The notes below the pieces were generated by a model. That model was not told where the DNA came from. It was given only the letters and a program-made list of their open reading frames with translations, and made no database searches. A program made the translations under genes and the position numbers. A DNA stretch of 62,730 nucleotides, counting the filler, from Sphacelaria rigidula (lineage: Eukaryota): NCBI GenBank assembly GCA_964200075.2. It is 5 parts of 5 records of this genome, joined end to end, with 100 filler letters (N's around TTAATTAATTAA, not from the genome) between each part and the next. Parts side by side here need not be neighbours in the genome. Positions count along the whole stretch, not along the records: positions 37,701 to 50,165 come from CAXNAA020003738.1; positions 50,266 to 62,730 come from CAXNAA020003739.1; 3 more parts are not named here. One strand, 5' to 3'. Every line of letters starts with the position of its first letter. Within the stretch, counting starts at the first letter, position 1. Below are positions 37,701 to 50,373 of the stretch, piece after piece.

Positions 37701-40229
37701 GGCTCAAGCGGCAACGATGCCGCTGGTTTGTGATAAACCGTTAGAAACGTCAAAGTATGACGAGCGTAAGCAACAGAAACAGCTGCCGACTTCGCGAGCG
37801 TTGTTCACTCGCATATGAACACACAGGTCGGATAAGGTCAACCATGACAAGAACACGCCCCACCAAGTTGCGATTGGATCTTGCTATTGCCGCTACACCG
37901 TCCTTGCTAGCATGTGTGTGAGAGAGAACAGTATCGTGGTGACGGGCACATCGCCCTGCCTTTCGACGACGTGTTTTACTGCGCACAGAGGCGCGTCCTG
38001 TCCAAGCAGAGAGGCATCGATCTTTGCATTGGTCAGCGCCACAGACAGGAGACGACAACTGTGGGTATCCCGATCTTGTTTCTTGACTGTGCTACAATAA
38101 ACCGCCTGCCGACACATGGTAACTTGGGTATGTGATGGTCACATGATGACAGTCTCTCTGGCGGTTGGAAATCGCCGAACGAGGACACACAAAGGACAAT
38201 GACGAGGGTCGTCCTCCCCGCCGTCGCTCCTCTCTCTGGTGACATCGTCATCGACCCGCGTGTACACCGCATTTGTTCAGTGCACCTAGCCACACCTGCT
38301 TAATAACGGCTACAGCAGATGTTTCGGGGGGGAGATACTTTTCCTTAGTACAACTGTTTCGAACAATTCCTGAAAATTAGTCATGGCGTTCGAACCCCAC
38401 TTTAGTGTCCAAATCCATTTTCGACAATCGGTCGTTTTGTTGAGTAGCATGCGCCGGTCATGTCCAGCTTTCATGTGCCGGTAGTCCAACGCCTCTTACA
38501 CCCATAATGTGTGCACCGATCAAAAACAGTATTGCAATTGTTGGCGAGACGCTTTCATTTTCTCGTGTGCCTGATATCTTCCATCAACTGCTTTTCCCTG
38601 CGTGACTTTTGCTGCAAAAATATATTTCTACCTTCTTCCACTGTATATAATAATGCAAAATACAAACATGCTTGCGGTGTCTATCGATAATACCAAGCCG
38701 AAACGATTGAATCGTTTCGCACCACCTTGCCAGCCTGATCGTGTGGCTTTGGGGCTAGGGTTGGAAACTCACTGCCTCAGGACGACTCTAATGGGACAAA
38801 ATCAAGACGAAAAAGTTATACTTTTGTGCGATTTAGGGACGTGATTAATAAGCGAGACTTTTTTCAGACTTATGGTACGATACTCACCACCTAGGTAGGG
38901 AGGTGCCAGTTCAGTGGGCACCGGGGCTAGCAGGCCCAAACACTATCATTAGTATCGAAGCCATTGAGTTCGACGTTACCAAGTGTAAAGTTAGCCACCG
39001 CACCAGTGGTCAGGTGGCATGCCATGAGCCGCGCAGGCTGCAAGACAACATGTGTTGCATGAAGGTCAGGCTTACATTTGTGAAGACCAGAGAATCCTCT
39101 GAGATAGGAGTCCATGATGGCGTAGATGCTCTTGTATTATTGGGGTACACGCTAACTTGTGCTTTGCTAGTTAAGATGCATAGTCCAACACGCTGTGACC
39201 CAAGTGGGGCGGCCAAGTCAATCCAATCAATGTAGTATGACCCACCAGGTACCAAGCATGACAAAGTATGACAAATAGAACCCAGTCGACTGGAACATGA
39301 CCAATAAATCTGTAACATCCCCCTAGCCATATTTATATGGCTACACACAAATTTATTGGAGGGCTGGCAGGGCCAGAACAAAAACACAGCCTGTGCATCA
39401 TACGCCTGAAAGTAAAACGAGGAAAACCTGCTAAATTACAGTACAGGGGAAAACTCGTTGCAGATCTGATGAATAAGTAAACCCTGATAAGCAGGGGAAA
39501 ACTCCATCCCTTAGGAAAGGAAAAAAATCTATAACGCCCTTTCCAACGACAGAAACAGCAGACAAGTACGGTCGCTGTCGTTTTCCCTGGATCTCAGTTA
39601 GACTGGAGAACGATCGGCTAGTTAGCGTGATCGCGCGTCGACACCCTGGATCACTTACACTGGATTCTAGGGTAGTGCGGGGCTTAAACCTCGCTAAAAA
39701 CAACCTTTCCGCAAACTGATCAATACTTACAGGAGTGCAGCTTTTGAGGGGTGCTCTTCTGTAACTACCGACACCTATTCTACTGGAAACAGAGCCCATG
39801 CGCCTTGGCTCACACACGTGCCCGCATATTACCAAATGGGAAGCAATCGATAACAAAGCGGCACAAGAAAAATACAATAAACACTCGAAAGTCATGACTG
39901 AAGCGTACGGTAGCAGCAATATATAGCTACATATTCCCTTATTTCACTACCGTATTCCTCTCGCAATGATATCGTATACCACATCACACAACAGCCATTC
40001 GTACACGTCCATGGCTGTAGTCTATCTTTGGCTCCTCCGTTCCAGCTTGGGGCGCTAACTTCCAAGCGACATGGCTGTTTCCAGTCTCGATCTCCGTGTC
40101 GTACTCGCCGAAAGAAATTCCCATAACCATACACGTGGTGCTTCAGCTCGGCACTGCTGTAGCCTTTCCAGGAGGTAGCACCTGTGGCAAAAGCTTCAAG
40201 GTATCACTCGGTGGGGAAGCGGGGTGCTT

Positions 40230-40785
40230 CGAGTGCGATGGCGGGGTCGAAGAAACTGTGGGGTGATACAGGTGCAAAAAGCTCATGACGCAGTATGGAG
40301 CAATGGGTTGTGGGTAAATATATGAGGAACTGTGATCAAAGGAAAGGTGTGGACAATTAAAACGAAAGAAATGTGCCAAAAGTGCGACGGTGCTAGACAG
40401 GGAAATATCGAAAATTTTTGATATTTTTGAAGGAGTCGCACCAGGATGTACGATATCACCCTCTTTAACCGAGGCATTCTTTGATGACCTGGTACAAGCA
40501 TGAGACATGACAAAGCAAGGGGTGAAGTTGATGAAACAACTGGAAACAGTGCAGCTGGCCGCAGCTAAGAGAATGCTTTGATGCGGAAACGGTGCAAATG
40601 GCAGCAAATAAAAGAAAACTTGGATGCAATAAATATAGCGAAGATGAAAACAGTACAGAGTGCAACAGCTCAGAAACTACTTGGATGAAGTGAAGTTCTT
40701 GAAGGAGTTGGGGAACAGTGCAGATTACAGCAGCTAGGGGAGTTACTTGGATGCTCGAAACAAATAGGTACGCCCCCCCCCCCCT
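40230..40785 (+). mobile_element. Decayed LINE fragment related to 31826-33103
   Basis: KLMKQLETVQLAAAKRML resembles VQMTAAKKIL; partial internal reiterations; ends caaataggtacgccccccc. Confidence 0.6.
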
Positions 40786-41365
40786 TTTGAAGTCTTTCCC
40801 TTTTCCCCACCCGTCAGAGCCTGAAACAACGTAGAGTTTTCAACAATCCAACATGGTGACAGATGCAGGCAATGCAGTCCAACACGGGGACAAATTCAGG
40901 GGTCAGGCGAAATATGGGTGTGGCGTTCCAGTTTGGTCCAATCCTGTGAAACTGTAGACATAATCATGGCGAAAATAAAATAGACAAGGCATGCTGAGTA
41001 AAAATATAATAATGAGGTACGTTGTACTAAATATACCGAGACAAAACACAGAAATTACAAAAAACATGCCCTCACACGCATGAGTTGTACATTGATGCTC
41101 ATTGGGCGAGAGTCTAGTTTGTATGCCATATCCTAGCTGAGCCACCATGAGACGACCGGATTGTGGTGGTGAAGTCTTGTAGTCGACAAACGTTACCGGG
41201 GAAAGTTGGGTGAGCAACACCTCGGTCAAGAAGCTTGTGAATTTCTTCTCTGATCATGCGGTGTTCTTATGGTTGGAGGCCGCGTTGTATTGTGGCAAAG
41301 GGTGTGCACGGTGTACAGCAACCATCAAGGCAGTGGGAACTCGTACTTCGCCCCCCCAAGGGGGT

Positions 41366-41431
41366 GCTCCGTCTCGAAAGGGATGCGTGGTCAATGGTCA
41401 CACGACTAAGGCAAGCAACAAATGAGTACGC
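41366..41431 (+). mobile_element. Ultra-short LINE 3'-end insertion with 15-bp TSD
   Basis: gctccgtctcgaaagggatgcgtggtcaatggtcacacgactaaggcaagcaacaaatgagtacgc flanked by cccccccaagggggt at 41351-41365 and 41432-41446. Confidence 0.8.
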
Positions 41432-41906
41432 CCCCCCCAAGGGGGTTCAGCGACCATATCAGCGAAATAAGTGTCTAAAAACTATATGTAGGGCCTGTAA
41501 GAACCGTCGAAAACAAGATATATAGTCGCGCAGTCAACTTGCATGGTAGGCTGGGCATGAAGGGCAAAAGGGCAAAATAGGGAAACTACGTACGTCTGCG
41601 TACTGAGTAAGTAATGACAAGGCAATCCACGGGAAGATGAGTGGCAGCATGATATCGAAAACCAAGTTTGGAGCAACTGAACAATGTATTATCCAACTAC
41701 GGTACCGCGAAGGAACAAGGTAGTATCCAGCTACGGTACAGGGTGCGTCAAGAAGTCAACCTGGTGAATAGCAAACCATACAATCGATTACCAGTGTGGG
41801 ATAAAATGTGGATCCTATTTAGTGGCACCAAGATAATGACCCTGCTACCAAAATGCTATGAAAAGGTACCCGGTATTAGCTAAACCAAACCAAATTGCAG
41901 ACACTC

Positions 41907-42063
41907 CCCAACTTATCGATTTCACCATCCCCTCATGTGAACAAAACCCCGAAATACCCGGAAATTATCCGTGACTATAGTACCCCTGTTCGACCGTCAC
42001 ATTCAGGATACAATCAACCACCATACACTTGCGGAGAAATTGGTGCGGGCAAAATCGATTAGC
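41907..42063 (-). repeat. 3' LTR-like direct repeat
   Basis: 157 bp matching 49415-49571 with about 5 mismatches by eye; purine tract gcagggagg adjacent on the minus strand. Confidence 0.85.
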
Positions 42064-42514
42064 CTCCCTGCACGTGGCCAATGGCCCATAAGATATCCTC
42101 AAAAAAATATTTTTTATCAATAGATAATCCTTCCTTGTTCCTTCAAAAGCAAATCTATCTCATAATGTCTATTGCCTCCCCACTTTCACAAAACATTCCA
42201 TATAACTTTTCGTGCATAATCGGCATTGCAAGGGTTGAATCCTATAGCTGTATCCTCCAAGAAAAAATATATACATATATTTCAATCAATAAATCCAGTT
42301 ACCTCATATCCAATCATACTGCAATCCTCATCTTTCGATCGACATTAGATCTGGATTTCCACTTAAATATATCATCAAACCAAATCAAGATATTCATTTA
42401 CTCAACTCATCCCATCCCAAATTAGATGTACTCAAATCAACACACAAGTTCAAATCCGATTCGAACCACCAACATTATCTCGAACACATATCCTGAACAC
42501 ATATCCCGGAGAAT

Positions 42515-43993
42515 TCACATTATGCTCATGACGAAATTTCGGTGAAATGTGGAAAGCTCCGTCGGCAATACCTTGGTAAGGAAATCGGAATACTGATACT
42601 GCGAGGCTACATGGATGATCGACATTTCCTTCCTTGCTACCAGTTCCCTGATAAAGTGATGCCGCACGTCAATGTGCTTGGAATTGGAGTTTGTCAGAGG
42701 TTTCTGTGCAATCTGGATAGCCCCCTGATTATCCTCGTACACTGGGATGCACGACATTACCACATCCGGCAACATAAAACGCCACACCTGTCTCAAAAAC
42801 AATACCTCCTTGACGACATCGGTAATCGCTACATACTCAGCCTCTGATGTAGACAGCGTTACACATGTCTGCGTCCTAGAGAACCATGACACACATCCAC
42901 CCCCACACATCACCAAAGGGATGCGTGGTCAATGGTCACACGACTAAGGCAAGCAACAAATGAGTACACCCCCCCCCCCACACACACACATCACCAATCC
43001 CCCGGATACCGACCGCCTATCAGCTGCTTTGCTTGCGTAGTCGGCGTCCGGGAACACTTGAAAGCTCAATCCAGGTATGCTATCTCTGTAGAAAGTAATA
43101 CCTAGTGAAGTTGTACGCTTCACATATTCCAGAATACCAAGGGCAGTGCGCCAATGAATGAGTTTTGTGGACGCACAATACCTCGCTACTGCACGTACTG
43201 CATTAGATATGTCTGGCCTTGTTTGAGTTACCAATCACGTTAGTGATCCTACCAACTCCCGGAATGGAAACCTCGTCGTCTCTTCTTCTACATTAAAATG
43301 TTCAAGCTTCACACTCGCACTCATTGGAATACTCCTTCCCCACTCTACTCCGTACTCCTTCGCCAACTCTTCCGCGTAAGTCTGTTGTGATATCTTGATA
43401 GTCCCTCTTTCGATGTCCCTTCCATAGTACAATCCAAAATACAAACGCACGCCTCCAAGATTCTTCACCGGAACCATCCTGTTAAGCTCTATCCCAAATC
43501 TGTCACACCTATCCTTATCTCCCACCGCAAAGATATCGTCTACGTATACCACGATGGTGATGGTCACCTCACTATCCTCCATCAGTCGAAACACACATGA
43601 GTCCGCCAAGCATTGATCAAATCCCAGAACTTTCAAACACTTTGCCAAGTGGTTGTGCCATTGCCTACTTGCTTGTTTCAACCCGTACAATGAACGATTG
43701 ATTTTTACTATCTTGCCAGACAAACTACCACAACCAGGCGGCAAGAGCATGAACACGTTTCGTTCCAACTCGGACTGTACAAAAGCCAGTTCAATGTCAA
43801 AGTGGCGCAATGCAAGATTTTGCTCACAAGCCATAGCTGCCAACAAACGCACACTCGAAACAGCTACGGTGGGAGAATACAGTTTTCCAAAATCTATCTC
43901 CGCTCTCTGCATATCCCCTCTTGCTACCAATCTAGACTTCATCTTCGTGGGCCAGCTAAACTCATCTGCCTTCCAATTATATACCCACTTCAC
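42515..43993 (-). pseudogene. Copia reverse transcriptase and RNase H
   Basis: KWVY..KSRLVARG, HFDIELAFVQ, SLYGLKQASRQW, VYVDD, TRPDIS, DADYA..RRSVSG, STSEAEY and SKHIDVRHHFIRE. Stop at 43235-43237 and an 81-bp insertion at 42917-42997. Confidence 0.95.
42917..42984 (+). mobile_element. 68-bp LINE 3'-end insertion inside the Copia RNase H
   Basis: 13-bp TSD cacacatcaccaa at 42904-42916 and 42985-42997, which duplicates codons LVMC. Confidence 0.88.
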
Positions 43994-44740
43994 GTGAATA
44001 TAGATTTCAACTGACTGCTACTCGGCTGCATCTATAGTCCCCGCATCCTTCAAGCCTGCAAATTCACGGTCCATTGAATCCTCCCAAAGATTGCCATACT
44101 TGGAGTTCACCGCTCCCTTGTAACTCTTGGGGACCTGCAACTCCTTCGCCGGGCACTGCGGGAGCTCAGGTGGGTTGTACGGCGGGCGTTCCTCACGCAT
44201 AGCGACCTCAACGTCTTCCCTCGTGGCCAGCCTCCCAGCATCGCGCATTGATATACCTTCTCGCCTCCCCGATCCGACACCCTTGTGTTGCCTCCCTGCA
44301 TCCACAACGCCACGCGTGAGAAGAGCAGACAGCAGAGACTGCTTGTCCATCTGCATCATCAGTCCCATGTTGTGGTGCATGAGAGCTGTCTTGTTCGAGT
44401 TTTCCGCGTTGTACTGCGCGGTCCTCGAACGCGTGCGTCCAGGCTGCCGGGGATCGTCCTCCAGCCCCAATTCCTTCATAACCCTCAAAGGCACAGGCGA
44501 TGGTGCCGAGGATATCGGCGAGGGCCCCGGAGTGTCGGTGAAAATCGGGGGCGAAGTCGGTGTCGACGGCGGCGGCGGCAGCGATTGCCGGGGAGTCGAA
44601 GGTGTCGATGACGACGGCTGCTGCGGCGGCGACTACTGATGGCTCGAAGACGTTGGCGTCGGGAGCTGGTGGCTACTCGGTTGCGACGGCGGCGGCGGTT
44701 GCTGAAGCTCCACTACGATTGAGGAAGGGAGCGCCGGCGG

Positions 44741-45784
44741 CTAAGGCGGTGCGTGAACGGCAATCGCACCTTCTCCCCCCCTTCCGGCGAGTGGCGTCGC
44801 GGCCGATTGCCGAGGTGCACGCGGGACAGCCCACACGACGTTGTTCGTGTAACACACACCGCCGGTTGCAGCCTTAATAACCTTGACGGTCGTAGAAGAG
44901 TGGTTGCTGCCATTGTTGAGAAAGTGACAAGCAACAGACTGCACCTCCGACTTGTGTCGGCGGTTCATCCGCGTCATGCCCGGTTGGAGGAAAGGCACAA
45001 TTTGCAGGGGCGGAGCTTTCCCGGTAAAGACTTGATACGGCGAAGTCCGGCCCGGGTTGGCAGTGGTAGCGGATCTGTTGGAGCCGTCCGCCGCCCAGAC
45101 CGCAGCCTCAAACCATAGTCGCTCCAGATCCTCCCCGAGATGAGGTATGTCACCGATCCCGGCGCCCAGAAAAAGGCGAGGGGCCTCCAGTCGCGCGGCA
45201 TGCCCCGCCTTTGGCACGCGCCAGATCGCGTTCTCGGCAACTGCGTTCTGCTTCGGGGTGTCGGGAGCGGCGTACTCCCGGCGAATGCGAGATTCGTCAC
45301 AGAAAGCAATGCAGGATCCAGAAGTGAACTCACCGCCGTTGTCCATGCGGAAGCACTGCGGAGCACCGATCACGCGCACGTCGGCGATGTAACTCTTTAC
45401 CTGCGCGAGCGTGTCGGCCTTGCTGGATAGCCCGTACACTACAATGAAACGGGACTTACTGTCCACGCATGCCAGCATGTACGTGGAGCCACCAAGAGTG
45501 CGGGGATGAGGGCCGGTGAGGTCCAGATGCACCCTGCCGAGGATGGTCGTCGCACGCAGACCCAGCCGTCGTGGGATGCCAGCCCTTCGACCCTTAGCCT
45601 CCAAACATCCTGAACAAGGCTGCAGCATCCTAGTGAGGGTGATACCCAGTTGTTTTGCAGTGTCTCGCAACAGGGCTTCATGTGCGTGGGCGAGGGAAAC
45701 ATGGAACAAATTAATATCCACTTCGCGGATGGGTTTCCCGACTGTAACGGGGTGTGCATTGGGAGCAAGTACGGCAAGAGCCAT
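44741..45784 (-). pseudogene. Copia GAG-pre-integrase and integrase (rve)
   Basis: FHVSLAHAH..CSGCLEAK zinc motif; VHLDLTGP, RMDNGGEF and TPKQNAVAE form the DDE triad. Confidence 0.93.
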
Positions 45785-46054
45785 GCTATCGTCTCCTGTA
45801 CCATGAAAATCATCCCTTCTAAAAAAACGCGGAAAAAACCTTGATACGGTGTCTCATCATATCCTGCCATCAGCTGTTCGTCTTCAAAGACACTAAGGTC
45901 CGGCAAAAAAAGTCCTTCTACTCCTACAAGACCTGAGGGATTCCTGGTGGGTACTGGAGTAGCAGAGGAGGTAGGCACAAAGCATACTCCGGGAGACAAA
46001 GGTACTATACTCCTTGTAGGAGTAGGCGGGAAGCTCGCACTGGGGGATAACATC

Positions 46055-46670
46055 ACTATTGTACTGTTTGGTGAACGAGGGGGGCCATCTTGAGCAGGGG
46101 AAACGTCCACAGTACTGTTACGCCAAGGAAATTGATCACCGACACCTTGGGGGATAGCTACAGTACTGTTGGGCGTAGCAGACGGCACGTCAGCACCAGG
46201 AGAAGCATCTACAGTATTGTTGCGAGGAGCAGGCGACACACCGACACAGGGGGGAACACCTACAGTACTGTTGGATGAAGCAGAGGGAACGCCAACACCA
46301 GGAGAAGCATCTACAGTACTGTTGTGAGGGGCAGGCGACACACCGACACGTGGGGGAACACCTACGGTACTGTTGGATGAAGCAAAAGGAACGGCAACAC
46401 CAGGAGAAGCATCTACAGTACTGTTGCGAGGAGCAGGCGACACACCGACACATGGGGGAACACCTATAGTACTGTTGGATGAAACAGAGGGAACAGCAAC
46501 ACCAGGAGAAGCATCTACAGTACTGTTGCGACCACGTGGAGGAACACCTACAGTACTGTTGGGTGAAGCAAAAGGAACGCCAACAATAGGAGAAGCATTT
46601 ACAGTACTGTTGCGAGGAGCAGGCGACACACCGACACGTGGGGGAACACCTACGGTACTGTTGGACTGCA
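46055..46670 (-). repeat. 51-bp coding-type tandem repeat (~12-13 units, A/B alternating) within the Copia pol region
   Basis: Translates as NSTVGVPPRVGVSPAPR / NSTVDASPGVAVPFASS; core palindrome acagtactgt recurs about every 51 bp. Confidence 0.92.
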
Positions 46671-46739
46671 AGGGCAAACGAGCGGCGGGGTTGGAAGTGA
46701 CTTTGACAGCGGGCGCAACAGGGGGCAGTGAACATACTC

Positions 46740-47165
46740 TAGTGAAAGCCTAGTCGCTCGCTGCGAGGAGGAACGTCCATTGCGATCAAACCGCAGTCTA
46801 CCGTTGAACAAATGCGCGCCTGACTCACTAAGCAATATATTCTGTCTCTTTTGAACCTGATGCAAAGAAAACAAGTTGAAGGGGATACCCTCGAGTACGT
46901 ACACGTCCGTCAGTTGTACACAAAAGTCGCAAGGGTGGGCGTCAAAGGGATCAGGCATGTAGAACTTAAGCTTCAAGCTTCCAATAGCAATCACGGGAAG
47001 TACAGTACCATTGCCTACAATCACGTGCTCATTTCCTGAGGGGGGAAGACGAAGATCAAACATACCATCCATGGATCCAGTTGTGTGATGACTGGCTCCG
47101 TTGTCAGCCAGCCACTCTTCCGATCCGTCCCCTGCCATGTCTAGCCTGCCACCCTGGTAAAGCAA
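46740..47165 (-). pseudogene. Copia aspartic protease
   Basis: EWLADNGASHHTTG..VIVGNG..IGSL..LTDVYVL..FNLFSL. Confidence 0.9.
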
Positions 47166-47191
47166 CGCAAGATTCTCCGAGAGTACATTGT

Positions 47192-48892
47192 CTATGTGAA
47201 ACCTGGGAACACACACAGATTCTGCCACACACAAATGCAAAGGCGTCGAAGATACTGAACTGGCAGCAGACGTGTCGGCAGCGCGCGAAGCGAAGGGCAG
47301 TTGCTACTGCTGCTGCTGCTGCTGCTGTTGATGTTGATGTTGATGTTGGAGAGGAAATTGAAGTTGCTGTCCGTGACTGTAGTGTCCCGGGTTGGGCGAT
47401 TGCACACAGTGAGCAAAACCTGAACCGTTGAAATAGTTCTGGCTTTCCTCCCTACTGCACTCGTCCTCCTCCGGCCCGTACCAACCATAATCGTCACATT
47501 ACGCATTGTCATTTTGAAGTTGCACGGCGTTGACCACGCCGTACGAGTGTGACATAGGAGAACGATTGGAACGGGGGTGCTGTCCCCGTGATGAGGCAGT
47601 GCAGCATGTTGGACATGGTGGTTGATGTGACGACCTCCCTTGGGCCAGGGACAGTATGTATGCATGTGGCCAAGATCCCCACAGGCAGTGCAACGCTTCC
47701 TAGGGTCTGCGGGGTGTATGGGGGGCTCATTCCCGAATGGCCGATACAGCCCATCAGGGTAACTAGAATAGTCGTACCCCTCGGCAGGCGGTTCGTAGTG
47801 TGACAGGTGACTAACAGGATGCGCTGACGACTCAACATATCTACCACCTCGCACATCATCACCATACTTGGGATTGAAACCACGTCCTGGTCCTCTCCTT
47901 CCTTTCCGTCCTTGCTGCTGCAGTCCCTGGATTTGCTGCTGCTGTCCGTGGGGCTGCTGCTGCTGTTGCCCTTGTCCCTGCATGCCCCGCTCCCCGAAGG
48001 CCTCGGGGTATGGCGGGGTATACCACCCCCCTTTGCCGCCACGGTTCCCATGCGCATGCAATCCGTGGCGAGCGGGGCAGTTTGAATTATCGTGTTGGTG
48101 CGTGTTATGGTGGTTGCAGTATACCTCATTCTGTTGTGGTTGTGGTTGACGACGTCTCGTTCCTCCCGTAGATCGCGAGTTTTGTGAACTCTGCGTTCCT
48201 CCGCCACTACTACCACTGGTTGCCGCGACAAGGGCGCTGCCCTGCTGCGCATCTGCTGACCTTGCCCGCGCAAGTTCATTCTCTCCATGAGCCATTGACA
48301 CAACACGCTCTACGACATCAATATCAAGGTCCTCCATTCCTAGAAGTACATTCTTCTGCACATCGTATTCCGAGGATAAACCACGCACAAAATGCCTGCA
48401 TGAATCAGAATCAGTCACAATTCTCCCATGTTTCGCTCTCTTGTGCCCAATGAGTTTGGCTCTACTGAAGTACATGATGGGCAGCTCTCCAACACTCATC
48501 TGTAGACTTGTCCACTCCATCTCAAGCCTCGTCTTTTCAGTGCAAGCAGGGGTTTTGTAGTATCTCACGATGTGGTCCCAAGCTTCACTTGGCGAACCGA
48601 GCATCGTGACCTGCTCTACTAAAGGAGGGTACACTAGCTTTTCCAACAGGATGCTCCAGGCCCTCATTGCCCGGTCCACATCTCCTGCATTGAACTTCGT
48701 TTTGAGTGATTCCTCACTTTCTAAATGTACCTTGATGGGGAAAGTAGTCGATAATGCAGATATACATTTTTCCTGTCTGAATAAATTCTCCATCTGTACT
48801 TTGAATACATTGAATTTTTCACTTAGAACTTCGCCGCTCCTTGTGGAACCATCCCAAGGGGAGATCGAGCTTCCTGTACGTAACCTGAACAT
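47192..48892 (-). pseudogene. Copia gag (UBN2-type) with zinc knuckle
   Basis: FNVFKVQMENLF, SPSEAWD, HFVRGLSSEYD and the CCHC knuckle CTACGDLGHMHTYC. The C-terminal part is probably frameshifted. Confidence 0.88.
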
Positions 48893-49414
48893 ATTGACAT
48901 GCGTCCAACCTGGGCGGAATTAGTGTTTAAAGGCACTTGCTGTTGGGGGGGTGCTGGGGGTCCCTGCCGAAGGGTTTCAGCTCTATCGGCTTGAATTGCC
49001 TCTTCCAGGCTGCTGTTTCTCACACAATAATGCTCGACACCAAACGTGCTCAATCACCCTGGAAATCAATATACAAAGCTCAACACAACAAACTCACTAA
49101 CTGCTGAAACCCGTAAGACGACGGTGGAAGCAGGAGTAGAAAAGTGGAGCAGGAAGCTGAAGTCGAGGGGAGCAAGGTGGAGTGGGGCAAGTGGGTTGCG
49201 CATCAACCTCATCAAGCCCACCGAACATAACTTCCCATAACCAAAAATGCAACTAGCCAACGTACCTCAAACACATGATAGACCACACTCCAATTGATCC
49301 ACAGCCCCACGTCTCAGCCTGATCCATAGTCCACATCTCTGGGTAGTGTTCCACAACACAATCGCTTCCTCATACGTCGAACCATAGCCACACTCCTTCA
49401 TGGTTTGACATCCT

Positions 49415-49571
49415 CCCAACTTATCGATTTCATCATGCCCTCATGTGAACAAAACCCCGAAATACCCGGAAATTATCCGTGACTATAGTACCCCTGTTTG
49501 ACCGTCACATTCAGGGTACAATCAACCATCATACACTTGCGGAGAAATTGGTGCGGGCAAAATCGATTAGC
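49415..49571 (-). repeat. 5' LTR-like direct repeat
   Basis: Matches 41907-42063. Confidence 0.85.
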
Positions 49572-50165
49572 TCTTCTGCTAGCTTGCCCCTTGTGCCCCA
49601 CGCCCCAACGCTGACTGGTGACCTCACACAGAGGCCTCTAGAGTAGGATACAAAGACAGATCAAGTCACCGTCTTGCTATCTTGGTTTGGCACCGCCGTT
49701 AATCCTAATCGCCGCTAAAACAAAATCAATTCTCCCTCTTCTGTTCGCAAGCTTTCAATGACAAAACTACCCAAGTCTTAAACCGAAGTCTGGGTCGACC
49801 CAGATTTCTTCGCCTGAAATTGATCGGTGGCCATATGCCCCAAATCAATTTCAAACTCATCCCTACAACGACGATTCGTTCCTGATCTCACGAACATGTC
49901 GTTCTCCTCAATCTATCTGTACGACCGCACGATATGTCTTCTGCCCGAGATTGGCAAAGTAAATGAAGGGTCACCAGACAGTTTCTGTCATCTTCAATCG
50001 CTGTACATCTCGGTACAGTACGACAGTGCAGTGGTTCCGCACCACACGATTCTAAATGAATAGATTGCTCTGCTTCGCAACGCGCCTCCAATTTTCCTAT
50101 CCTTTCTTACATTGGAATGGAATGGAAAAGGGACAGAACAGACAGACGCCCTCACAGTGTTATTC

Positions 50166-50265
50166 NNNNNNNNNNNNNNNNNNNNNNNNNNNNNNNNNNN
50201 NNNNNNNNNTTAATTAATTAANNNNNNNNNNNNNNNNNNNNNNNNNNNNNNNNNNNNNNNNNNNN
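50166..50265. other. Artificial contig spacer
   Basis: N44-TTAATTAATTAA-N44. Confidence 0.98.
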
Positions 50266-50325
50266 TGATGCGCCCACATATACCGAAAGGTGTAGACTGG
50301 TGCCCAGAATAAATGGGACAGCACG
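50266..50325 (+). mobile_element. 3' end of the tRNA-derived SINE family
   Basis: tgatgcgcccacatataccgaaaggtgtagac.gg...ccagaata matches 29155-29200. Confidence 0.8.
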
Positions 50326-50373
50326 AACAATCGCAGTAGTACATGTAGACGGGATCGTCAACATCTATCGGCT

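Larger units (their letters stand above)
41900..49571 (-). mobile_element. Ty1/Copia LTR retrotransposon, near full length, inactivated by stops and frameshifts
   Basis: Minus-strand domain order gag-protease-integrase-RT-RNase H; terminal direct repeats at 41907-42063 and 49415-49571. Confidence 0.95.

Noticed and set aside
46055..46670. CRISPR-like array or independent surface-glycoprotein gene (ORF 45439-46677)
   Set aside because: The sequences between cores are themselves repeats, the block sits inside Copia pol, and there is no signal peptide or exon structure.
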